Of a DNA stretch of 57,928 nucleotides, positions 39,401 to 47,900 are shown one piece after another. Source of the DNA: a virus (Duplodnaviria > Caudoviricetes); the IMG/VR virus record IMGVR_UViG_3300009002_000002, positions 1 to 57,928 of that record. One strand, 5' to 3'. How positions within the stretch are numbered: position 1 is the stretch's first letter; every line of letters starts with the position of its first letter. The translations under genes and the position numbers were made by a program. The notes under the pieces were generated by a model that worked only from the letters and a program-made list of their open reading frames with translations, ran no database searches and was not told where the DNA came from.

Positions 39401-42045
39401 TTGAACGAATCTGCTAATATTCCATTTTTAAATCTGTTTGCTCCTAAAGCATCAGTAATTAACAAATCATTAGTGGCTTGTTCTAACATACTTAATGAAA
39501 CGATATTAACTAGAGAATCTATTTTTTTCTCTATTCTTCCTATATCTTCCATCTTATAATTTTTAGTCGAAACATCAGAAACAGTTATTTTTTCTGATCC
39601 CGTAATTGCGCTTGTGTTTCCTGGTATTCTAACATTAGCGATAGTATATAATCCCTGACTGTCGGGCACGCTAGGATTCTCACTTTCACCACCGTTAAGT
39701 AGCTTAATATTTGAATACTCATCTAAAACAACACTATCTACTCTAGACATATGATAACTCTGATCTGAAGAGATGGTTGCGTTAACAGAAGGCACTATTG
39801 CTCTAGGATCAATATTCAGTGCAGAACTGATCACTAAAGGAGCATTAGTTGTAACACTAGGGTTGACTAACTTTGTGGCGTATGGTCTAAAGTCATAAGA
39901 GTTGATAAGGTTATGCTCTTTAGCATCTTTAGCAGTATAGTTTTGCACAAGGTTAAGATTGTCTGTAAATGAAGAGTGACTATAACTACCTACTGTTAAG
40001 AAGCCTCCTCCAATAGATGTGCTTCTGGAAATATACTTAAACCTAATCAATAGATCGTTATCGGCTAAAGATTCTCCAGCCTTTAACTCTAAGTATGATA
40101 AATCATAGAATCCATCTTTCTGATTATTCACTAGTCTGAATTTAGATGTAACATCTGTAGGATTGTTTATTATTCTTCCGAACTTATCTTGAACGCTTAA
40201 TAACTGTACCGCATTAGGCACACCCAGTAGAGCCTTTCCTGAAGCAAATACTACTTTGACATATCCAGTATCTAATTGAAGAGTGTCGGCAACCAAAGTG
40301 TCTACTCTGTTGTAGTAAAGAGTGTCTATAGCGGCTGTTGTTGTTACAGTTACATCGCCTGAACCAGTTCCAGAATAATTGGCACTAAGAATAGGCTCAA
40401 CTTGGTGAGTTGCAGTAATAGCAACTATATCTGTATTCAATGGAGAGCCATCAGTTGTACCAAGTACTACAGAAGTTCCGATACCTGTGCCTGTGCCTCC
40501 GTGTCTAACTCTTCTAGTAACTTTAATATTCTGCATAGAGTTCATACTGCTCTTACCAGTATCGAATATCATTGCACCTTTATTCGAATCGTAAAGATGG
40601 GCAGCATCTGAACCGGTGGCAACAACTTCACTTGGGTTCGAATTAGTTTTCTTAGCTAGGGGTATTGCATTTGCCGCATCATTAGCTAGACCTATTTTAT
40701 TAGGAGCAGTAGAAATCTGACCAGATTCCTTTACGATAGCGTAAACATATATTTTACCAAAGTTACCATTTGTGTCTGGAGAATTAGTTGCATGAACTAT
40801 ATTTGCGACAGAACAAGTACCCACTAAAGTTGTATTATTATATAATGAATATCTAGTGCCAGATCCGCCATTAATCTCAAGGTCGTGAAGTATAGCATTA
40901 TTATTACTAGAATACTTGTAATATTGTCCGTACTCTATTCCAGTTATCTGCCCGCTCTTACTTTGAGTTAAACTTACTGGAGTTATTGGAAGTTTAGTCG
41001 GAGACACATTGGTAATTTCTTTGCCGTAAACATAAGCTTTACCTGGAGAAACGACAGCGAATGCAGTATCGTTTTCTCTCTCTAGAGTGACTCTCAGACC
41101 ATTAGTGACATAGTGTCCAGACTCATCATAAGTTCTTCTTGCTAACTCGTTTCCAACAACATTGAACTCAGTTCGGTCACGAATACGAACAGGCTTACCG
41201 TTAACATATCTTATTAGAGAAAAGAACTCAGTAGGCTCTGAAGCACTTGCATAGGAGACTAGTGTAGGCACAAGTTGAAGTCTGTCAGCACCAGGAGCAT
41301 TTTCGTTATTGAATCCTGAAGCATTATCTAGAAGAGTTGTGTCGTTATCAGAATCAATTAAATTTTCTTTAACTGTGAATCCAACAGAAACAGCACCAGG
41401 AGTATTACTATACTTAGATACGATGATGAATTGATTATCTACGAAGATGAAATGTCCTTTCTGATAGATAACACCTTCTTCGCACGATACACCAAATGAT
41501 CTACCTTCATGGTTTGCTACTGTAGCGACGGTGACAGTCTGAACAACATTCGAGTTAGAGTCTAATATCTCTAAAGCTTCACCTTGAAGGAATCTTTTAA
41601 CATCTGTTTGATTGTCTTGAGATGTGTTTAAGTATTTGATAAAGAATGTCTTTAAGTCTGGATCTTGAGTCTGAAAGCCATTCTGTCCTTTAATGATTTC
41701 AGCTTGTAGTCCTGAAGTAAGACCTTTTGCTATGAATGTCGTAGATGTTCCGTCATCTGAAACAATCTGATCATAGACTGCAGGATTAGAGAATCCAGTT
41801 TTATCGTTTAACTTCACATAAAACAAGTCATCACGAGCAGTCAAGTTAATACCGCTAATGATAGTGCCTTCTTTATATACATTTGATCCGAATCGCTCTA
41901 CCTGCTTTTGCAAAATAGTTTGAAGCTGAGTTAATTCTCGTGCTTGTACAGCCTTAGCCGGCTTAAACAAGACACGGTTAAACTGCTTTGCTTCATCGAA
42001 ATCATCGTAGTACGGATCTACATTTAAGTCTGTGTTGATACCCAT
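36484..42045 (-). CDS. Very large virion structural protein, VrlC/DUF4815-like (1853 aa)
   Basis: N-terminus DLNVDPYYDDFD...RVLFKP...VQARELTQLQTILQKQVERFG, plus APGADRL, ELARRTYDESG, RFKNGILADSF and DPIAQTF motifs typical of this family in large myoviruses. Confidence 0.85.
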   Translation of the reverse strand: MGINTDLNVDPYYDDFDEAKQFNRVLFKPAKAVQARELTQLQTILQKQVERFGSNVYKEGTIISGINLTARDDLFYVKLNDKTGFSNPAVYDQIVSDDGTSTTFIAKGLTSGLQAEIIKGQNGFQTQDPDLKTFFIKYLNTSQDNQTDVKRFLQGEALEILDSNSNVVQTVTVATVANHEGRSFGVSCEEGVIYQKGHFIFVDNQFIIVSKYSNTPGAVSVGFTVKENLIDSDNDTTLLDNASGFNNENAPGADRLQLVPTLVSYASASEPTEFFSLIRYVNGKPVRIRDRTEFNVVGNELARRTYDESGHYVTNGLRVTLERENDTAFAVVSPGKAYVYGKEITNVSPTKLPITPVSLTQSKSGQITGIEYGQYYKYSSNNNAILHDLEINGGSGTRYSLYNNTTLVGTCSVANIVHATNSPDTNGNFGKIYVYAIVKESGQISTAPNKIGLANDAANAIPLAKKTNSNPSEVVATGSDAAHLYDSNKGAMIFDTGKSSMNSMQNIKVTRRVRHGGTGTGIGTSVVLGTTDGSPLNTDIVAITATHQVEPILSANYSGTGSGDVTVTTTAAIDTLYYNRVDTLVADTLQLDTGYVKVVFASGKALLGVPNAVQLLSVQDKFGRIINNPTDVTSKFRLVNNQKDGFYDLSYLELKAGESLADNDLLIRFKYISRSTSIGGGFLTVGSYSHSSFTDNLNLVQNYTAKDAKEHNLINSYDFRPYATKLVNPSVTTNAPLVISSALNIDPRAIVPSVNATISSDQSYHMSRVDSVVLDEYSNIKLLNGGESENPSVPDSQGLYTIANVRIPGNTSAITGSEKITVSDVSTKNYKMEDIGRIEKKIDSLVNIVSLSMLEQATNDLLITDALGANRFKNGILADSFKDLNLAEISDSSFKATLDKGRTVVSPSVTQFPLDLKVDSGTGVQLSFPDVVTIASTGTNVEVISQPYATTFRNCVSNFYSYDGKAIIDPPFDSGYDVTKNPEINIEIDIAGPMLDLVDTIQEIMPLTSEEIISEERIGTTRPRRRVIMGQFEQTIEQTSLTSSTSDINQAIGNFVTDVNMKPYLRRKTIKVLITGLRPSTRHYFFFDQKSVDAHVAPGPVIPFGLSNSSTLDVSQVSTGQWHSTASGIGKGSVVRSDANGTLSAVFVIPAETFFVGENVLEIVDVDQYSSIDSASTSYARATYRGYNFAVNKSDVSMTTRTVDFDTKVDIVTREIQRQVGDPIAQTFKVKASSTNDANIALISDIDVYFKQKSSTTGVTLQIREVENGYPSKRVLPFASKHLNSSQVGVSATGITSTKFTFDNPVRLNADTEYAFVVIPDANSPDYLIYTSKVGETSLSKGTVASSVAVTNDWGDGVLFTSTNDSAWKSYQDEDIKFNINRYDFSTSAASVNLSPNDLEFLSVRDTTLNFELDEIAYVKKTEIFTVSVSGNEKNVITIQGTPGISQGDYLHIENNTGTEFVVGKVLNVDTLSTTKVFTLDTSYFETTTSATATLCVAGKVSHFNSRKPDKIFLKESSASSTNYLDDSPVVTIGNLQAGTTYTIVDLGSPTTTTAHWRLAGVPDSVTPTVGYQFVAGGTFNTGPGTARPNDQVIRGADSGATAKISAVTNEKISYFQTQVYISDSINTSTSLSLLKQNGVVDKSIDRRSNVYTPNNLRTIMSKSYMVSNSVAEDFKIKIDLSNNGLTSASPIIDSKISELFAYQYRITDTESTSSSWITKEVILEEDLDAVGMRVYLAAYRPAGTLIDVYGRFVYPENVEEQGPWLQLRNDSPDLYSNTSNTRDYREFEYNFDEELTTAPYDVHTKYKTFQLKFVMRHGANSITELNTPELSGITPDINLFPHIFDYRAIALT

Positions 42046-42065
42046 GGATTATTCTCTTTCCTTAA

Positions 42066-44084
42066 TTAAAAGTCAAATATGAACTTAATTTTTTCTTTTG
42101 TGGTTGCCTTTCTCTCTATAGGAGAAAAGTCTATGTAATGTAGAAGTTCTCCTGTATATGGAGAATAAGCTCCATATTCAATATCGTTGAAAGTATTTAT
42201 AGTTAATGTATTACCACTTTCTGAATTAGCTGTAGGTTTAATCTGTATTTTTCCTGGTAAGAAATTATTTCTGTGATCGCCTACATTATCTACTATATGA
42301 ATCTTAGTGCTAGTTGTATATTTACTCTCGTGTACAAGTCCTTTTACAATCTCTATGTCTTTGTCTGGATCATTACTATCGACTGCACTTGAGATTTTAC
42401 CAGTCTTAGATGAATCGACTACTGTGCTATTTGCTGTAAAAGTAGTTCCTATTTTCACTGCTCCATCTACTAGATCACTCGAAGCGACTCCCATTACGGT
42501 CTGCCATTCATCACCGCTTAGATTTCCTAGATCAGTAATAATATATTTTCGGCCACTAACCTTATCGACAACATCAGAAGTCTCTACAAACTGCTGAACA
42601 TAGTAGCCAGCAACTGCAACAGCAGTCGAATTACCAGAAACAGTGATAGATGTGCGATTATCAAAAGAAGAAGGAGAAGTAGTCACAGTCGTATATGGTC
42701 CAGATCCTGATAACTTACTGAACCTTGGATTTTTTAGAAGACCTACCTGTGTGTAAAAGTTCGTATCAGGAGTTGTGGTGTCTTCTCCTGAAAAATTAGT
42801 TACGATTGCAAGTCTACTCATTGCCATTTCGTTAATTGGATTAGATCCGTGACCACCAGTAGGAGAAACGACAACACGAAGCGTAGTAGGACTAGTGTCT
42901 GTTAATCCTTCTGGGTTGAGAACTCTAGCTGTTGCGAACTTATACTTAGTTCCTTTAGTCTCGTAAGCAACTCTAGTTAAAGTGCCAAATCTATCTATGA
43001 CTCCGTATCCTAATGCTCTAATTCCTCCTGCTTCAGGACTAGTGATGACGACTTTAGGAACTAGTTCACAGTTTACAGGTAAAATATCTGTAGTCTTAAC
43101 TTGTACAATAATTTCTGATGTGCCTGAATTAGACTCAGAGTTTAAAACAGAATATAGTTTTCCAGCATTATCTCCTGTAGATGCTCTAAGATACATATGC
43201 TTGTAGTGATCACTAGTGTTCGAAAGTACAGAATTGTTCTGTGCGCTTAGCCTGATAGACTTTCTGCCTTGACCAAGATCAGACTGGGTGCTTACAGAAA
43301 CTTTAGAATTATTTACTCCAGTATCAAAAACAAATTGATTGAAATGATTAGTAGGAGTAGCTTCTACAACAATTTGAGATATTCCCTCTTTCGCATTTGC
43401 AATAACATTCAAATCGCCATAGCTAGTGGGTAAAGGCAAACTGTTTGATGTTTTATAAACATTGGCTTCTGAAGCCACTACCGTAAACATATATTGCCAT
43501 ATATACTTGTCGCTAGTTTCTACGGATTGATATCCAGTATTAGACAAATCTGCAACAACAGATTGTGGACTAGTGGTTGAAGTAGAATTGTTATTATTTT
43601 CTATACATTTAAACACTAAGTAGTCATCTTCTCCGCTTTTAATGGTGACTACAGTATTCATGTCTTCAATATCCTTAGTGTCATCGTAAGCATCATACAC
43701 TGTGCTTGGAGTCCATGGATTCTCATAGAACATATATCTAGCATTGTTGTTGTCTATCTTGTTACCAAATATAATCTTTCTCTGGAAGTCTCTCTTATCT
43801 TTTTGAGTATTCTGAATAGTGGGAACAGTATCTACATTAGACAATGCTCTAGATGCCATGATATAATACTCTGCTTCGGGTCTAAGGGCGTCTAGTTTAT
43901 TGTCTACGATATTTCTAATTTCAGTAATGTTGGAGGCGCTCAATGCGCTACTGAGACTAGAACTGTTGAGCGTAGCCAAGTCTGTCTCAAACTGAGAACT
44001 TAAAATGCTGTTCTGACCCTTAAAAGAATTGAACAATTCATTTGTTGTTTCGACTTTAAAATTTTCTGTTATGATTTTTGCCAT
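42066..44084 (-). CDS. gp8: Baseplate wedge subunit (T4 gp8-like), extended
   Basis: VFKCIENN...DKYIWQYMF, SPTGGHGSNPINEM and TGELLHYIDFSPI...EKIKFIFDF motifs; start reassigned to MAKIITENFK at 44084 to avoid overlap with the upstream gene. Confidence 0.8.
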   Translation of the reverse strand: MAKIITENFKVETTNELFNSFKGQNSILSSQFETDLATLNSSSLSSALSASNITEIRNIVDNKLDALRPEAEYYIMASRALSNVDTVPTIQNTQKDKRDFQRKIIFGNKIDNNNARYMFYENPWTPSTVYDAYDDTKDIEDMNTVVTIKSGEDDYLVFKCIENNNNSTSTTSPQSVVADLSNTGYQSVETSDKYIWQYMFTVVASEANVYKTSNSLPLPTSYGDLNVIANAKEGISQIVVEATPTNHFNQFVFDTGVNNSKVSVSTQSDLGQGRKSIRLSAQNNSVLSNTSDHYKHMYLRASTGDNAGKLYSVLNSESNSGTSEIIVQVKTTDILPVNCELVPKVVITSPEAGGIRALGYGVIDRFGTLTRVAYETKGTKYKFATARVLNPEGLTDTSPTTLRVVVSPTGGHGSNPINEMAMSRLAIVTNFSGEDTTTPDTNFYTQVGLLKNPRFSKLSGSGPYTTVTTSPSSFDNRTSITVSGNSTAVAVAGYYVQQFVETSDVVDKVSGRKYIITDLGNLSGDEWQTVMGVASSDLVDGAVKIGTTFTANSTVVDSSKTGKISSAVDSNDPDKDIEIVKGLVHESKYTTSTKIHIVDNVGDHRNNFLPGKIQIKPTANSESGNTLTINTFNDIEYGAYSPYTGELLHYIDFSPIERKATTKEKIKFIFDF

Positions 44085-44100
44085 TATTCTTCCGTTCCTA

Positions 44101-44991
44101 TTAAGCTGTACGCTGTTCTCTAGTGCTTGGGCCAACTATATATGGATATTCAGGTATGTTAAGATTGATATCCGAAAATGTTAAGAAGTATGCATATGTT
44201 CCAGACTTAAAATCTGGAGTTATACAATATCTTCCGTTAAACTCATCAAGAGTTCCTGTTGCGCTTTGTGGACTATACTGATAATCTTCTACAAAAGATC
44301 CTGCAGAAACTTCACTATAATCGTATGTTCTTCCTTGTGCCGGAGTACCGAGCAATGAGTACGAACTTCTCATTCTAATTACTGGACTTGTTGCGTCATC
44401 GGGATTACTAAATCCGTATGGTCCATATATGGGATATCCATCAAACGCAAATCCCACTATCTTAGAATGTCCTGAAGTAACAGTATCGCTCGCATATGTT
44501 GCTCCATGTCTTAGCTTGTCAGCACCGAAGCTTCCATACATATTTGTAGAACTATAGTAAGGATTAGCATTAAATAACTTAGTATTACCTACCATTCCTT
44601 TACTATAAAACGCACCACTTCTATATGTATACTGTCCATTTTCGTCAGGTTTGCCGTGACACTGATCGACTATAAAATCGTTAGGAAGAGCAATCTCGTT
44701 CCAGGTGAAGTTCGTAGGAGCACTTTTATTGCTCACTGGTAAACTTCTAATAGTAGATGCTGACGAAAGAATAGGTACGCCATTAGTTGTTATTCCTATT
44801 GAAGTGCCCACTACTATCTGTTCTGGATCTCGTGTACTACTGCCAGCTCGATATGTGAAAGTGAAGCTATGCGATTGATCCAATATACTAGCATTAGGAA
44901 AACTTCTCGTCTGTGATCCATCATTCACAAAGTTAGTGCCTGCCTTCAATGGATACGGATCGCCGTCTGATGTTATCTTCAATGTAGCCAT
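44101..44991 (-). CDS. YHYH-family protein (motif His residues substituted)
   Basis: IGITTNGVPI, DQCHGKPD, GHSKIVGFAFDGYPIYGPYG and LDEFNGRYCITPDF...YAYFLT...YPYIVGP motifs. Confidence 0.75.
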   Translation of the reverse strand: MATLKITSDGDPYPLKAGTNFVNDGSQTRSFPNASILDQSHSFTFTYRAGSSTRDPEQIVVGTSIGITTNGVPILSSASTIRSLPVSNKSAPTNFTWNEIALPNDFIVDQCHGKPDENGQYTYRSGAFYSKGMVGNTKLFNANPYYSSTNMYGSFGADKLRHGATYASDTVTSGHSKIVGFAFDGYPIYGPYGFSNPDDATSPVIRMRSSYSLLGTPAQGRTYDYSEVSAGSFVEDYQYSPQSATGTLDEFNGRYCITPDFKSGTYAYFLTFSDINLNIPEYPYIVGPSTREQRTA

Positions 44992-44994
44992 AGT

Positions 44995-47900
44995 CTATTG
45001 CTCCTGTATTCCTATTAATTCAGCATCGTCTGTATATATACCTGTCTGTCGTATAAGTAAATGCGGACCGCCAGTTAAACCAGACAGATCGATTGGAGTA
45101 TCACCTGTGCCGTCACCTATAGGAGTCTTAGATAGCTGAAAGGTATCGTTCGTGACATTTACAACATAGTAATACTCATACTCAGCCGCTCTATTAGCTG
45201 AAGTATTTCCTATTAGATTGCCTGAACTAGTGCCGCTATACTGATAATACTGTACTATAGTGTCATCTATAAGCCCATGACTACTCTTCGTCACATTCAG
45301 AGAACTAATATCACTAGCACTAAACTGTACCAGAGAGTCTGTAATTTCTGCGATTTGGCAATTTCCCACTCTTGCTCCATTAGTCGTAATATTACTAGGA
45401 GCATCAGCTTTAAATATAGTTCCCAGTCTTGGCCAAGTTGCAGGAAGTCCGCTAGAGGCTTGAGTTTCAGAACCGTCTATTATGTTAGACCATATCGCAC
45501 TAGCAGTCACTCTATTAGTACCAGCAGTATTGGTGCCTATATTCATAGATATATTTGCAGTAGCTGTGTTGTCCATGTCTTCAAGGTTTTCGATAGAGTG
45601 TACTACATAGAACTTATCAACAACTGGATAATTCGAGATAATGCTATCAGTGGTACTACCTCCTGCAGTAAGGGTGTATGTGTTACTAGAGGGTCTGATA
45701 GCCTGCGGACTATATGTGTCACCCGTATAATGAGGAGATACAAATATAGAATCTTTATAAGATACCTTTCCTGTTCCTAAACTACTTCCGTTCACTGAAG
45801 CCGTGAACACTGTACCCACAGGCACACTTGTTTTAGTGAACTTCACTAGGTCTATAACAGCAGGAGCATTTGGAAGAAAAATATCATAATTAGTGCTACC
45901 TGTGAATGCACTTGTTATAGCAAGTCCGTCGGTAATAGTATTCAAATTGGCTAACAATTCCGGACTTATTGGATCTAAACCAGTTACTTGCCTAAATGCT
46001 TGTAGAGCATCTATTGAAGTAATAGTGCCGCTATTATTGAGATCAGTAACAAGCGAAGAATAACTACCTAAAACTCTTGTCCAAAAATTATACCACTCTA
46101 ATCGGGTATTAGAATCTAGGAACTGAACATCGTTCCAAGAAGCACTTCCTATGTCTGAGATAACATAAGAAGAACCGAGTTCTATATTATATCTACCCTG
46201 TACTACCTCAGAGTTTATAGGAACTCCTACAGTAGACCACTGAGCAGAAGTTGTGTCTCCTAGGAATGTGACAGTATATTCTGTTCCTGCAACAATATCA
46301 GCAATTCCAATTTGCTTAACTGTTGCAAGTTGTTTTCCTTGAATGTTGAATGTAGATATCTCTAAGTTCAAATTATTATCTAATGCGTTGATAGTATTCA
46401 CTAGGGGCTTACTAAACAACTTAGTCCCTGCTACGCCCACAGTTTCGCTAATCAAAGATTCATACCTAGAGGGATTTATTATAGAAGATATCTCATATGA
46501 ATATTCTTGATAGTAATCATTGTCATGTAAGTTCTTAGAAGCCTCACTCAAGAAAGATGTTTTAGAACTCCACTTACCGCCAGTCTTACCTTGACCTAAT
46601 GATCTTAGTGTGGCTGTCGCAACATTTTTATTGTAGTTAGTTGAAGTGGGCTCATTATTAACCAGACTAACTACTTCACGATCTGAATATCTGTATCCAG
46701 TTTTAGTTACAGCTACTTCTTCTATTTGTCCTGACTGAAACAGTGCTTTACCTTTTATGTCAGCGTTTGCTCCCATAGGTAAAGAGTTGAGGTCTTCGAG
46801 TATATTTGTAATTCTCTTCTTAAATCCACCTACCTTAACAGGAACAATGACAGTACCCTTATCGCTAGAGCCTATAGCGGCACTGATTGCTGATGCAGTA
46901 GTTGATGTGAATATTTCTCCAACCTTTGGCGCAGAAGAAGCTCCCACAGCTACCCAGTCCGAAGGACTTGTGTTGCCCAAAGATACGATCTGATACTCTT
47001 GATTTGGTTGCATAGTAGCTAAACTTCTGTTGCCTTCAAACCCATAAAACGATAGAGGTCTAAAGTAGAAGTCGTTACCGTCTCTTTTAAGAAACTTCGC
47101 TTTAACTTGATATTCTTTTGTATCGCCTGTAGTGAACTCAAAGGTACAGTCACTATTTTCATAGTTAGACCCAGTAGATGTTGTTCCCAAGCTTTCAAGA
47201 AGTATAGACCCGTCTGCTTCGGGATCATCGTGCAATCTATTGCCTGTTTGGTTTATCTGTAGATCAACTACCTTAATATCCTGAGTTACAATATCTCCTG
47301 CAGAAATATCAAAATCGACTGTATCAAAGTTTAACACTACATCTTTTTTGTTGAACTTTGATATGTTAGTATTCTCAATAGAGATTCCCACATCATTCTG
47401 GTAATCGACACCGCTGTTCAAAACATTCAACTCTGATATAGATCCTATCTTGAGAGTAATAGGATTAAAAGCATTGCCTAATGTGGTACCGAGGTTCTCA
47501 TTGCCTGATCCAGACATTCCGTAATCATCATTCGCAGTGCCTGCGGCGCCACCAGGTTGTCCAGCAGGTATATCTAGAGGTGTTAATGCGAAGTCTCCGA
47601 TCAAGTCTGGAATAAGAGTTACTGTCTCTACATTTGAAATAGATCCTATTTCAAAATCTCCAGTTCTATTTGATATTCCGAATGACTGAAATCCAATATT
47701 ATCAAGAAAGACTTGTTTGCTTATATCGGTCACACTAGAGTCATATCTAGCCAAGTCGCCTCTATATCTTTTAAAAGAGAATGATGGAGCAAGTACTGAG
47801 GGAGTTGAAACTACTGACCCAGACTTATCAGGGATGCGAAGAGTTGTACTACTAGTGTCGATATCGTTTGCATCAAACCTAAACCTGTTAAGATGATAGT

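Noticed and set aside
8388-42201. Intragenic TATAAATA matches (8388-8395, 31831-31838, 42194-42201)
   Set aside because: An all-A/T 8-mer is expected several times by chance in 58 kb of AT-rich DNA. They may be internal late promoters but cannot be supported without TSS data.
44085-44135. Longer start for gp8
   Set aside because: It overlaps the YHYH gene; MAKIITENFK at 44084 is the more plausible start.
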